Source: Trichodelitschia bisporula (lineage: Eukaryota). From it: 64,000 nt of DNA. The stretch covers positions 626,174 to 690,173 of the forward strand of contig ML996691.1 in the NCBI GenBank assembly GCA_010356995.1, read 5' to 3'. The notes under the pieces were generated by a model, which was not told the origin of the DNA, searched no databases, and saw only the letters and a program-made list of their open reading frames with translations. Below, in pieces: positions 13,076-26,260 of this stretch. Both the position numbers and the translations under genes were made by a program. Positions within the stretch are counted from its first letter, which is position 1. Each line of letters starts with the position of its first letter.

Positions 13076-13924
13076 ATGCCTCCACGACTACTGCGTCTCT
13101 CCCTCCACTTCCTCTCCGCCCGGCCCGCGGCCCGCCTCACCCGCACAACACCACACTACCCCCCCCGCCCAATACCAACGTCAACATCATCACCCCGCGC
13201 CTACCACGCCTACGACCGCCCCACGCCGCCGCCCTATCCACCCACTGAAACCGCAATCCTAACCGCGGCACTGGGGCGCGTCCCAGCACATGGCTTCTCG
13301 AAGACGGCCCTTGCGCTCGGCGCGCGCGACGCGGGTTACCTCCCCGTCAGCACGAATCTGTTCCCCGCTGGGGAGATGGAGCTCGTGAAATTTTGGTGTA
13401 CGAAGGCGAGGTTGGGGCTGGGGGGGACGGTGGAGAAGGAGGGTTTGCCGGAGGGGGGTGTGAGGGGGCGGGTTAAGGAGTTGGTTAGGCGGAGATTGAG
13501 GATGAATGTTGAGGGGGGGGTTGTGGGGCGGTGGGGGGAGGTGAGTTTCGGGTGTCCGTGGTTTGGGGATGTGGGCTGATGGACTGGACAGGCGATTGCG
13601 CTCATGGCGCACCCGACGTATGCGCCGACTGCGCTGGCGGAGCTCTCGCGCCTTGCGGATGAGATTCTGTTTTTGGCGGGCGATGCGAGCCTCGATAGCG
13701 CGTGGTATGCGAAGCGTGCGGCGCTTGCCGGTGTGTATGCTGCGGCGGAGACGTTCCAGACGCAGGACACGTCGCCGGGATGTGTTGACACGGAGCGGTT
13801 TGCGCGGGAGCGGCTGGGCGACGTGGAGAGTTTGGGCAAGGCGTTTGGGGATGTGGGCGAGTGGGTTGAGTTTACGGTGCATGGGGTTTTGAATGGATTA
13901 CGGAGTAAGGGCGTCAGGCTTTAG
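13076..13924 (+). CDS. COQ9: Ubiquinone biosynthesis protein Coq9, mitochondrial
   Basis: Arg-rich presequence; ILTAALGRVPAHGFS...LADEILFLAGD...WYAKRAALAGVY. Intron 13541-13591. Confidence 0.92.
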
Positions 13925-13990
13925 GGTCGGTTGGGAGTGGCTGATAGAGGGTCTGTACGTTTGGACAGGCTAGCTATGTAAAGCTGGGTC

Positions 13991-15109
13991 TCAAACTACT
14001 CTCCCGTTGCTCCCATCAGCGTCGCCTATCAAGCCTCGCATCTTCTCCGCCTCAACCCTCTCCTCCATAACCCCCTTCCAATCAATCAACTTCCGCCACC
14101 CATTCTGCACTCCATCCGTGCCCCACACCGCGCGCCTCACATCCCCCCTATCTCCCTTAAGTACCCTATTCCCGTGTCGCTCCAATCGATTGAGAACCGC
14201 CAACGTTCCCTCGTCAAACTCCATCCCCGCATTCACCATCTCCTGCACCAACTCCCCCGCCCGTTCAAAATCCCAATACACACTCCCCACCGCCGCAATC
14301 ATCTCATTATACAACCCCGTACTCGCACCTAGCACAAACGCCTCGTTGCCCAGCCGCTTGATCGCCGGCAAGACATTGAACACAAGCGGACTGCCCGGAA
14401 ACTGCGTGCGCAGCTGGCGCACCGCGCTAACCAGCACAACCGCCACATTCGGCCCCAGAACTGCGACCTCGCGTGCCTGCGCTTGCGCCGTCTTGCTACG
14501 CGCTTCAGCCCCCTTGCCCTCGGCCTCCCCTGCGTCTTCGTCTTCTTTCTTCGCATCCTTGCGCAGCGCCGCATTCATCCGCCCCAGCGGCGCAAACACC
14601 TCCCGCTCCAACACGCCCCACAACTCGACATCCGTCTTCGCAGCGGCTAGCCTGTCCTCGACGCGCTTCAGTCGGGCGGCTCGTGCACGGCGTGCGGGGT
14701 CGGCGGCGAGCTTGGCTCGTTCGGCGGCGGTTTCGGCCATGGCGCGGAGGGAGAGAGGGAAGTTCGGAAGCGAGGTGGGAGAGAGAATGGCGGGATCTGG
14801 TTGGGGAGGGGAGGGTTTGGAGGAGGAGGGGGGCCTGGTGGGGGTGGGTTGGAGGCTGAGGAGTTTGGCGAAGGCGGCTTGTTCTTGCGGCGTTAGGGTT
14901 GAGGCGGCAGCGGGTGAGCTGGAGTCCTCGACGGGAGTCTCTAAGGGGATGTCATCTGTTTCTGGGAAGGGGGCGGAGGTGGCATGCTGCGGCGGTTTGG
15001 TGTGTCGGGTGTAGAAGCGCGTGGATGCGGTCGGAGCGAGGATGGTGCGGGTGTGGTAGAGGAAGGGGAGGAGGACCGTTGAGCGTGTCGGTACGGCAAA
15101 TTGTGACAT
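13991..15109 (-). CDS. MTF2: Mitochondrial Mtf2-like protein
   Basis: Presequence with LLPFLYHTRTI; C-terminal AKTDVELWGVLEREVF...FVLGASTGLYNEMI...EMVNAGMEFD is typical of the Mtf2-like domain. Confidence 0.7.
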   Translation of the reverse strand: MSQFAVPTRSTVLLPFLYHTRTILAPTASTRFYTRHTKPPQHATSAPFPETDDIPLETPVEDSSSPAAASTLTPQEQAAFAKLLSLQPTPTRPPSSSKPSPPQPDPAILSPTSLPNFPLSLRAMAETAAERAKLAADPARRARAARLKRVEDRLAAAKTDVELWGVLEREVFAPLGRMNAALRKDAKKEDEDAGEAEGKGAEARSKTAQAQAREVAVLGPNVAVVLVSAVRQLRTQFPGSPLVFNVLPAIKRLGNEAFVLGASTGLYNEMIAAVGSVYWDFERAGELVQEMVNAGMEFDEGTLAVLNRLERHGNRVLKGDRGDVRRAVWGTDGVQNGWRKLIDWKGVMEERVEAEKMRGLIGDADGSNGRVV

Positions 15110-15324
15110 TTTGGAGGGCGCATGGAACGATTCCCAGTGTATTGAGAGATTGTGACGCGATATCGTGAAGTCTCGCAGCCATGAAGTCAATGTGCACATT
15201 CTCAGCTCGCCAAGCCTTGGCGCAACACGCCCGCGGAAGCGCGACCCGCGTCGCCTTCACGTCACGATCTTTCCTACCCAATTCGCCCCCTGGCACCCCT
15301 CTTACCGCCCTCAACACCGCCATC

Positions 15325-17040
15325 ATGCCCAAAATCAGCGAATATGAGCGTAAACGACAGGAAACAATTGCCAAAAACAAAGCGCTCCTGCGCAGCCTCG
15401 CCCTCGATGCGGCCGCCACCGGACTCGCGCCCAAGCCGTCGCCGGCTGCGGCCGCGAAGAAAAGCGTCGTGAAGAGGAAGCCCGCGGCGCCGAAGATAAA
15501 AGAGGAGGTGGTGCCGCGGCGCACATCGTCGCGTCTCCGTGGACTGGCGGCGGATAGTGAGGGCGCGAAGCGCAAGGCGGAGGAGGAGCTGCAGGCGCGC
15601 GAGACAGCGGCGACGGCGAAGCGGCAGCGGGTTGGAAGGAATCTGGGGGTGGATGATATGCTTGTTTCTGGGAAGGGGTGGGATACGGGCGGCGTGTTGG
15701 CGGGGTTGGGCCCGGCGAGGGCTTATGAGCGCACTTTTGACGAGACGGACGTGAAGGAGACAACGGATAAGGAGCTTAAGGCGCTCAGGGAGAAGATGAG
15801 TGGATTGGAGTTGTGGAAGGGGATTGAGCCGAATCGTAGGTTCCTTGTTCATGGTGCGGGTGGGATCAGGCTGATGTGCGGCGTGTTGCAGGTATCAAGG
15901 TTACGCCAGAGCGGACGGTGAGTGTTGTGCTACGGTGCTATGATTCAATAGCTAACGGCCCAGTACTCGATGGCTTTCCATCCAACAGCTGATAAGGCTC
16001 TCGTCTTCTGTGGTGACAAAGAAGGCAACCTAGGCATCTTCGATACCTCGCAAAGCAAGGTCAAAAGCGAAGTCAAGGTAGAAGACGACGACGAAGGTTA
16101 CGATGACGACAGCTTCGAGCCAGCTATCACAACCCTCAAGCTCCATACCCGCACCATCTCCTCCCTCGCATTCCCCACCGCAGACCCATCGTTCCTCTAC
16201 TCATCTTCCTACGACTCTTCAATCCGCAAATTCGATCTCGCAAAGGGCGTCGCCGTCGAAGTCTACGCCCCGAAAGACAACAGTGACGACCCGATCTCCG
16301 AATTGCACCTCACAGACGCGCCACACATGCTCTACTTCTCTACATTGAACGGCCAAGTCGGCCAGCACGACACGCGCACGAAGCCCTTCAACACCACAGG
16401 CTCGGAACTCTGGCAGCTCTCCGAGAAGAAAATCGGCGGCTTCAGCCTGCACCCGCGCCACCCGCACCTCCTTGCCACCGCATCGCTCGACCGCACTATG
16501 CGCTTATGGGACCTGCGCAAAATCACCGGCAAGCGCGGCGAGCGGCTCCCCGCCCTGCTGGGCGAGCACGAGAGCCGCCTGAGCGTCAGCCATGCGTCGT
16601 TTAACGGCGCGGGACAGGTCGCGACTTCGTCGTATGACAATACTGTCAAGATATATGATTTCGGTGGTTGTGCCGACTGGGCCCCTGGGCAGGAATTGGA
16701 TGCGGCACGCATGGAACCTACGGTCATAGTGCAGCACAATAACCAGACCGGACGCTGGGTCACGATGTAAGTTTGTCGATCGGGTTCATTGTCGCGTGTT
16801 TTGATACTGATGATCTGCAGCCTCCGCGCTCAGTGGCAGGCTCATCCCACAGACGGCGTCCAGCGCTTCGCCATCGGGAACATGAATCGCTTCGTGGACA
16901 TCTTCACCAGCACGGGGAAGCAGCTGGCGCAGCTGGGTGGAGACGGTATTTCGGCCGTGCCGGCCGTGGCACGCTTTCATCCGTCGCTCGACTGGGTGGC
17001 CGGCGCGACTGCGAGTGGGAAGCTGTGTCTGTGGATGTAG
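15325..17040 (+). CDS. CMR1: DNA damage-binding WD40 protein Cmr1 (WDR76 ortholog); 4 exons
   Basis: [18 protein letters not shown]...RRTSSRLRG...[15 protein letters not shown]...[15 protein letters not shown]...[10 protein letters not shown]...[11 protein letters not shown]. Confidence 0.93.
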
Positions 17041-17303
17041 GTCGATAGGGAGGTGGTGTTACGGTTGTTCGAGGCGCTTGCCGGGAATACCCTCCAATGC
17101 TTGTGGGTGGTTGGCAAGGTGTTCGGCTGTGTAGAGTTCAAGGGAGGCTTGCAAAATCACCTCGTCTAGTTCTAATGGGCAGGATCTTCACTTTTGTGTT
17201 CACTTTTCGACGCCTATGAAACAGTCGACTAATTTCCCACCCGCTTCGGGGTTGAACTTCCGAAGCGCTCAATCATCACCTTCAATACCCATACTCCATC
17301 CCC

Positions 17304-19408
17304 TTAATGATGGAACAACCGAGTTCCCTGCTCAACAAACGTAATCCCCAGCTTCTCCGCCGCCTCAAATACAGCAGGGTCATTTACGCTCCCCGTCGGC
17401 GCAGCCACGTACTTGACTCCGCTGCGGGCAAGCCTGTACACGTTATCCGAAAAGGGGAAGAAGGCATCCGAGCTCACGGCCACGTTGGTCAGCCTCGAGA
17501 GCCACGCCTCACGCTCCTCGGCTGTGAACGGCGCGGGAACCTCCTCGAACTGCTTCTCGAAGTCCTCGCGCTCGGGGCCCGATTTGGGCACCTGACCGCT
17601 GCAGAGGAGGTCGATGGCATTGCTGCGCCACACATGAGCTTTATGCACAGGGAGATGGTGAGCAAAAAAGACCAACGTACCTCTTCTCCGGCCGTTTAAC
17701 CCCCTTCTTGAACTTCAACCCGAGCGTCCGCTCATGGAACCGCATCCACCAGTTATCCGCCTTGTCACCTGCCAGCCGCGTGCAGTGGATACGGCTCTGC
17801 TGCCCAGCGCCCAAGCCAATGACCTGACCGTTCAGTGCATAGCACACGCTGTTGCTCTGTGTGTACTTCAGCGCAATCGTCGCAACAGCCAAATCCCTCA
17901 GCGCCTCCTCGGGCAGCTTGCCTGCGCCCGCGGGCACCAGGACCTTCGAAAACGTCTCCGCAGGCACGATGCGCGCATCATTGCGCCGTTGAACCAAGTG
18001 GACGCCATACACCGTCCGTTCCTCAGTGGCCGGCGGCTCGTAGTTAACGTCCATCTGCAGCACGAGGTACTTCCCGCCCTTTTTCTTCTTCAGGATCTCC
18101 AGCGCTTCAGGCGTGTACCCCGCCGCAATCACGCCGTCCGACACCTCGCGGCTGATGATCTTCGCGGTCGGAACATCGACTTCGCGTGACAGCGCGAGCA
18201 GGTCGCCGAAGCTGGACATGCGGTCCGCGCCGCGGGCGCGAGCGTACGCCTGCGCCAGCCCGGAGTTCTCAATTCCGTCGATGTCGGCTACCATGTACAC
18301 CTTGGCTTCCTCAGGCGTCAGCGGGAGCCCGATGGCGGCGCCGGCGGGGGACACGTGCTTGAAGCTCGCGGCGGCGGGGAGGCCGGTCGCTACATCGAGC
18401 TCCTTGACCAAGGCCCATGCGTTCAGCGCATCCAGCAGGTTGATGTAACCCGGTTGGCCGGAGAGGGCGGTGAAGGGCAGGGAGCCGTGCGGGACATAGG
18501 CGGCGGCTGGCTTTTGGTGCGGGTTCGCGCCGTAGCGCAGAGCGAGGTGCTGTGTGCCGTTGCCGGCGTAGGTCTGGCGGAAGTAGGAGGAGATGGCGTT
18601 GTCGTACTCGGCGGTTTGCGTGAAGGCTTTGAGCGCGAGGCGCTGCTTGGTTTCGGCGGAGATGTTGCCGCTGCTTAGGTCGGATAAAAAGGAGGCGTAG
18701 TCGGCTGGGTCGCTGAGAATCGTGATACGGCTGTGGTTCTTGGCTGCCGCGCGGAGAAGCGTAACGCCGCCTGTGTGGAGGGTTAGGTGTGCGGAGTGGA
18801 GCGCTCAGCGGCAGGCTTACCGATGTCGATTTCCTCGACGGCCTGCGGGATCGTAACGTCCGGCTTGGAGATGGTCTCCACGAAGGGATACAGGTTGCAG
18901 ATGACATAGTCGACCTTGTTGATGTGCTGGTCGGCCAGATCTTTCTCATCCGAGGGGATGTCGCGAGCCAAGATGCCTCCCTTTTGCTTCTCAGTCTCCA
19001 TCTGTGCAACCGGGGAAGAGGACGTACGTGAACAGCTGGGTGCAGCGTCTTCACGCGCCCGCCCAGAATCTCTGGGGCTTTGGTCACGGCGGAGATGTCC
19101 TCGACTTCAAGACCAGCATCGCGGATCGCACGCGCCGTGCCGCCGGAAGCAAGCAGACTAGACACTTGTCATTCTTGCACAGTGAGGTGGTGCGAGGCAT
19201 TCGTACCGAACGCCCTTCTGTATGAAACCATTGGCAAGATCGAGCAGGCCTATGAGAATCAATACATGCGTTTTGCGCGTGGCGGTGCCTCGTATGGCTT
19301 CATACCGGTCTTGTCATAGACGGAGAGGATAGCTGGGACGTGTGCGTTAGCTTCAGCCTTCTAAGCCGATATGGATCACGAACCAATTGGGCGCGTATCG
19401 GTCGACAT
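17304..19408 (-). CDS. ADE17: Bifunctional AICAR transformylase / IMP cyclohydrolase; multi-exon
   Basis: [10 protein letters not shown]...[18 protein letters not shown]...[13 protein letters not shown]...[11 protein letters not shown]...[12 protein letters not shown]...SSDAFFPF...RLFHH*. Confidence 0.97.
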
Positions 19409-19939
19409 GGTGACAGTGATGCGGTAGCGACAAAGGAATGATGAAATGCAACTTTTTCAATGTTCCGGCTGCAAGATGGCGAGATCACTCTCCGGTCACG
19501 CAAAGCCCAAACTCTGCCCCACCGAGGGGTAACTCGGCCGCTAGCCGAATAAGGCAACTATTCTTTTAATCCTTGACACGGACGGAAAGGGAAAAAATAC
19601 CTTTGCCCAGCAACACTTCATTATGTCACGGTAGCTGAAAGCATATGTGATGAGTGAGTCCGTCCCCATCTTGCAAGTGATACCAACGATGTACGGGTAC
19701 TCAGCCTGACTACCTCGCACCGAAGAATCCAAATCTAGTGTGAGGCTTCACACAGTTTGACCGTCACACGTGATGGACGTCATCCATAAAGGCGGGGGGG
19801 GGAATTGTTAAGCGCGGAATTGAAGCCATGCGCATCCGGGTTGCACCATAGCATTGATAATCAGCTACTTGCCTTCCACATCAGATTTTAAATACCGTAG
19901 TTGTAGCACCACGATTCAACCAAGTCAATAGCCAACAAC

Positions 19940-20592
19940 ATGTCTGATCCCTCTCTCTACACCTTCCCTTCCCCACTGGAAGGCTACCGGGATCTGCCGC
20001 CTCTGCCCAAGTGAGCACCAATGCCACATACTAGCAAGTTATCTCAATTGACGCATCATAGTGAGATCTCCGACGATGGCAAATCGTACATCAACCCGCC
20101 AGCAGAGAAGCCGAGTGAAGCCTACGAGAAATTCGTTGCGCCAATCGCAAACGATCGTCGTGGAGGTTTCGACGTTCACATCTACTTTTATCAGACAAAA
20201 CCGGACCAGGTGACTTTTGTGAAAGAGCTCTGGGAGAGGATTCGTCGAGAATGTGCGTATAGCTCAAGAGCAAGATGCTACCGCTGACGAGCGTGCAGTC
20301 CCTGAGCTTCGTATCTACAAAATATTTGACAGGCCAGTTGGTCCTCACCCCGTCGGTATGTTTGAAGTGAACATTTTCACTCCCGGTAAGTCCCTTTGGT
20401 AAATGTGTCAGCAAGTAGAGACTGACAAGAGAAGCGCAATTCGGTGCATTCATCCCGTGGCTAGTCATCAACCGCGGCCCGCTATCCGCCTTGATCCACC
20501 CGAACACCAACGACCACAGGCGGGACCACTCGCAACGCGCCACTTGGATGGGTGAACGCTTTCCGCTTGACTTGGGCCTGTTTAAGGGCTGA
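19940..20592 (+). CDS. DOPA 4,5-dioxygenase family protein; 4 exons
   Basis: Spliced product has GFDVHIYF...LWERIRREFPELRIY...PVGPHPVGMFEVNIFTPAQFGAFIPWLVINRGPLSALIHPNT...DHSQRATWMGERFPLDL. Confidence 0.9.
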
Positions 20593-20873
20593 GATTCCCG
20601 CTGGAGTGGCCAACCGCAGCCTTCACGAAAGCAAAAGAACAGGACGGGAGTTTCTTGATGTCGAGTTGAGGTTCGAGGTCCGCAATAGCGTGTTTTGCTA
20701 AATCCTTCATCAATTGGCCGTAGCGTTATGTCTATCCCGATGAGTGCCGTGCCATTGAGCAGGCCACCATGAAATCGTCCGTACCGTGAAACCGTGATTA
20801 TAACCATGTCATCAACGCCGTGCTCAGAGCCGCCTCGCCAAACGCCAAAAATGGAATAGAGAAATCCCAGTGA

Positions 20874-22064
<1,191 letters not shown>

Positions 22065-22357
22065 GGCTATGAGTGTGGCGGAGACAAGAGGTGAGGACGG
22101 GGAGCTATCTCGAACGTTTTTGGTGGAGGAATTTTGCCAGCGATTTAAGGTTATCGATAAGCCCACCACCCGGCCGAAGGCTGGACTGGAATCCCTGTCA
22201 CATCCCGTGCTTGCGTGAGGCGAGCGAGCGCGAAAACCCCTTGACGCGCCGCTTGCCCTATCTCGACGTCAACCGTACTCAATGTCTTGCATTTCAGCGC
22301 GCTGATTCAACTTCCTTCTGGCGTCTTTTCGCTTCGTTGCATCGCATTTTCCGCATA

Positions 22358-24056
22358 ATGCACAGCATGAGCGAATCACCACTTTCGTCGCTCTCACCTG
22401 CACATGAAGACAGTGTCGACACGCCAACCACCATTGTCACATCCAGTACCGCAGCCAAGAAGCAGAAGATCTCCTCAGCGAAAGGGAGTAAGCGCCAAAG
22501 GTCGCAATACTTTGAAGAAGAACTCCCACAGCATAGCAAGCGGACTCGAACCGGTCCCGCCCCAGTCTACAAGGACGTGAAGGGAGGGGAGGATGAAGAG
22601 GAGGACGAGGTCACCAGCCCTCCCAAGGGACGAAAGAGGGGTTTGGCGAGAAACGGCAAAGCTAGTGCATCGGTCAAGATCGGAGTGAAGGTTGAAGCTG
22701 AGGCCAAGGGTGAAGTCGTGTGGAAATCCGAAGGCACACAGGAATCTTCTGACACACCACCTCCGGTCGTGAAAAAAGCTAAAGCACGCGCCAAAAAGGT
22801 AGTAAAGGAGGAATTGGAAGCTGAGATTAAGACCGAAGAGAACGGCGAGTCGAAAGCCACAGTCAAGCATAAACGCAAAACCAAGGCTGAGAAGGAGGCT
22901 GAAGAGATGCCCCTCGCAACCCGCACAGCAGGCTCAAAGATCATTGTTGGCGCGCACGTCAGTGCTGCAGGAGGTATATTTTCTCTTTCCGGAGTATATC
23001 AGCCTAAACTAACTTCCAGGCGTGCATAATTCCGTCCTAAACAGCGTCCATATCGGAGGGAATGCCTTCGCGCTCTTCCTCAAGTCACGCGCCAAATGGG
23101 CCAATCCGCCCATGGACCCAGACCACTGCGCTCAATTCCTCTCCAACTGCAAAGAGCACCACTATTCTGCCCATGAGCATGTTGTCCCCCATGCCTCCTA
23201 TCTGATCAACCTTGCCAACCCGGCCAAAGACCGCGCCACCCAAGCATATGACGCCTTCCTTGACGACCTGGACCGCTGCCACCGCCTTGGTATCCGCCTG
23301 TACAACTTCCACCCGGGTAACTGCGTGGCGTCGGCCTCCATGGACGAAGGGATCAGTCATATCGCCGCGCAGCTGAACAAAGCACATGCGGACCCCTCAT
23401 CGGGGAGCGTGGTCACCCTGCTTGAGACCATGGCCACAGGCGGAAACACCATAGGCGGCACATTCGAGCACCTAGCATCTGTTATCGACCAAGTCAAGGA
23501 CAAGACCCGCGTGGGCGTGTGCTTGGATACGTGCCACGTCTTCGCTGCGGGGTACGACCTGCGCACTCCCGATGCCTTCACCGACACCGTGACCAAGTTC
23601 GATCAAGTCATTGGGCTCAAATATCTCCACGCGCTACATGTGAACGACTCCAAGGCCCCATTCGGGAGTGGCCGCGACCTGCATGCGCGTATTGGAACGG
23701 GCTTCTTGGGGCTGCGTGCGTTTTGGAATCTCGTCAATGAGCCGCGATTGTGGGGGCTGCCCATGGTATTGGAGACGCCCATTGAGGTCAAAGACGCAGG
23801 TGGGAAGAGTACTGAGGATAAAGGCATTTGGGCGAGGGAGATTAAGATGTTGGAGAGCTTGGTAGGGATGGACATAGAGAGCAAGGAGTTCAAGACATTG
23901 GATGCCGAGCTTCAGGCTGAGGGCAAATCGGAACGGGAGAGAATCCAGGATCAGGTGGACAGGAAGAAGGCAAAGGACGACAAGGCTAAGGAGGCTAAAA
24001 CCAAGAAAGGCCGGGGCAAGAGCAAGAAGAAAGAGGAGAGCGAGTCAGGTGACTAG
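22358..24056 (+). CDS. APN1: AP endonuclease Apn1 (endonuclease IV family) with a long basic/acidic N-terminal extension
   Basis: GAHVSAAGGVHNS...PHASYLINLA...NFHPG...LLETMA...VGVCLDTCHVFAAGYDL...HVNDSK...DLHARIG. Intron 22974-23019. Start could be 22358 or 22367. Confidence 0.95.
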
Positions 24057-24759
24057 ACGACATAAAATGATGATCAAGGCGAAGGGTTGACCAGGATAAT
24101 GCCTGATCTGGGTACGTACATCAACGAAATGGGCCCCGAGGCTGATACTACTCGCTGTAAAGATGTAGAAACAATATGTGCCGAACCGCCTGCTCGAAAC
24201 CTTCAAACGTACGCCGGGGTAATATGCTCTATCCTCGTAACGTCGTAACTATCGTGCGTTAATCATGTCGTCATGCAGGGGTATAAGCAATGTATGTAAA
24301 TGCCAGACAGCGCCAAAGAAATGTACACATGCCCGAGTCCATCTCTTTAGGAGTATACAGCTCTATGAAACCACAACATGAATAAGGAAATCGCTTAAAA
24401 ATGAAGTAGCATTGCAAACATGGAAATCAAAACTTTTCGCGCGCCAGCCTCATCGAAGTAGGCGGCCTCGTACCAGAAGGATGTAGGGATGTGAGGGGTG
24501 AGGAGAATGGAGACGGAGGCGGGAGGGCAATATGGGCGGTTGAGGCGGGAGTGAGGTGAGGGTGAGCAAGAAAGTACTCGACTTATGTCCACTTATTCGA
24601 GTCTGCTGATATTAGCAGGTATCAGAATTGGCAGCTAACAGACCCACCTTGGCTCAAGACTTCCGAATCGGTTTGCCACGATGGAATCGCCGGCTCGTGC
24701 GTGCGTGGCAAGCACAAGCTAGACAAGCGGATCGAGATGACGGGTGCAGGGACAAGTGC

Positions 24760-25761
24760 CTATCTGCGAACAGGGCCGGCGGCGGAAGACGGCCGGCTTG
24801 GATCCGAGTCAACTTCCATTTGCGAATAAAGCCACAACGGCAACAGCTTCTCGCCTTCGTCCTCGCCAGGCTCCTCATCGTACGGCGAAATGTCGTCATC
24901 AGAAATAAGAGGTGGAAGGTCGACATTACCGTCATAGATCATTTCCTCAATTTCCGCAGGTGGCTCGTCAAAAATGAGCGACGTACGCGGCCTCTCCCCA
25001 TCGGAAGGCCCCATGGTGCGGCGACGGAGGCGCCTTGCACTCGATCCGACCTGCTGCGCTTCCATGGGCTCGAGGTCGTCAACATCGTCCGAGTCCGATC
25101 CGATGCTCTGGGCGTGGCTCCGCTTCTTCTTGCCACCGATGCTCCATTTTTTCTTTTTTCTCTCATATTTCATACGTTGAGCCTTTTCGAATTCGGCACG
25201 TTCCTGCGTGTCGCAGTTCAAGCTCCTAAATTTCTCGAGAATCTCGTGGTCGAGCTTGCAGCGTTTGACAGATCCGCACTCACTCGGAGCGTCCTCAGTC
25301 TGGTCGGGACGAACGATTTCCGTCTCGCTATCATAGCCGATATCGTTGTCTGAGAGCTCCTCCACAGTAAAATCAGTCTCTTCGTCAAGCGGCCGGACGA
25401 TGGACGGGCGGCGGACCGAGGCAGCATCAGATTCGGTGTCCACCTGGGGCGATGACGCTCGGCCCGCCGAGTTGGCTACGTCATCGTCCTCGTCATCAGA
25501 CGAGCTGGAAGATGAGTCGGAAGAGGCGTTGCGGCGCAGAGGGGGTGTGTAGGAGAATCCATGGCCGAGTCCTTTGGGTTCAATGTTCTCTGGTGGCGAG
25601 TAGCTTACTAGAATAAAGCCGTTGCGTTTCTGAGCACGGGGCACAGCAGCAGGGATAGGGGCGGAAGGCTGCCGCGAACGAGACGAGCTCGGAGTTGCGG
25701 GCGGAGAGGAAGGTCGATTGTCGGGAAACGTGAATCCCTCAGATCCATTGGGAATCTGCAT
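24760..25761 (-). CDS. Hypothetical 333-aa low-complexity acidic/Ser-rich protein with a basic NLS-like stretch
   Basis: Long ATG-initiated ORF with protein-like composition (RMKYERKKKKWSIGGKKKRSHAQSIGSDSD...SARRLRRR). Confidence 0.75.
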   Translation of the reverse strand: MQIPNGSEGFTFPDNRPSSPPATPSSSRSRQPSAPIPAAVPRAQKRNGFILVSYSPPENIEPKGLGHGFSYTPPLRRNASSDSSSSSSDDEDDDVANSAGRASSPQVDTESDAASVRRPSIVRPLDEETDFTVEELSDNDIGYDSETEIVRPDQTEDAPSECGSVKRCKLDHEILEKFRSLNCDTQERAEFEKAQRMKYERKKKKWSIGGKKKRSHAQSIGSDSDDVDDLEPMEAQQVGSSARRLRRRTMGPSDGERPRTSLIFDEPPAEIEEMIYDGNVDLPPLISDDDISPYDEEPGEDEGEKLLPLWLYSQMEVDSDPSRPSSAAGPVRR

Positions 25762-26233
25762 TGTGAAGAGCTAGAATGGGCGGCAGATGCCGGCGGTATA
25801 TGGCCAGTGCCAAAGGGTGTGACACAGGTGTCGGAGTGCGTGGCAGGCCTTCTTCGGGAGCACGCGAGGGGCCGGCACGAGCGGGATTTCAGTTGGATTT
25901 ATGAGACTCGTAGATAGATGAATAAGGAGTTGGGACAAAAGAGTTTTGTGAGCAATATCATTTTTTTGGAATTTGGGCGAGCAAATGGTGTCAATTGCTG
26001 GCCCACTGCTGGTGAAGCGCAAGAGAATCTTCTGTGTCGTCAGTGTCACATCGCTTATCAGAGGCAAGCAGCTGAAGCAAAGGATATAGCGGACTGGGCT
26101 ATATAGCAGTGCGCAGACACTCAAGGGCCGGGACTGACCACTAAGCACAGCAGAGAGAACAGAGCAAACAGTTCAGATTGAGGAATTGGGGTCTGAGAGG
26201 GAGGGGGGGAAGGGTGGGAAGGATGCAATGGTT

Positions 26234-26260
26234 GGGGGGGGGGGGGGGGGGGGGGGGGGG
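26234..26260 (+). repeat. G27 homopolymer within a G-rich tract
   Basis: Direct reading; homopolymer length may be unreliable in the assembly. Confidence 0.8.

Noticed and set aside
14007..15014. 335-aa + strand ORF and many other long antisense or alternate-frame ORFs over real genes
   Set aside because: These are shadow ORFs expected from high GC3 codon bias; no recognisable motifs.
15181..15324. In-frame upstream extension of CMR1
   Set aside because: It lies in the shared promoter; the family-typical start is MPKISEYE at 15325.
17242..17268. 8-bp hairpin between the convergent CMR1 and ADE17 3' ends
   Set aside because: Expected by chance at this GC content; intrinsic terminators are not relevant to Pol II genes.
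22358..24056. AP endonuclease as a possible mating-type locus marker
   Set aside because: MAT loci are flanked by APN2 (ExoIII family). This gene is EndoIV-family APN1, and no HMG-box, alpha-box or SLA2 gene is present.
24085..24112. TTGACCAGGATAATGCCTG resembles the P5/L5 arm of a TPP riboswitch; a nearby ATGATGA...CTGA resembles C/D boxes
   Set aside because: There is no upstream CTGAGA junction or P4 closing sequence, no rRNA guide that I recognise, and it sits directly in the APN1 3' UTR.
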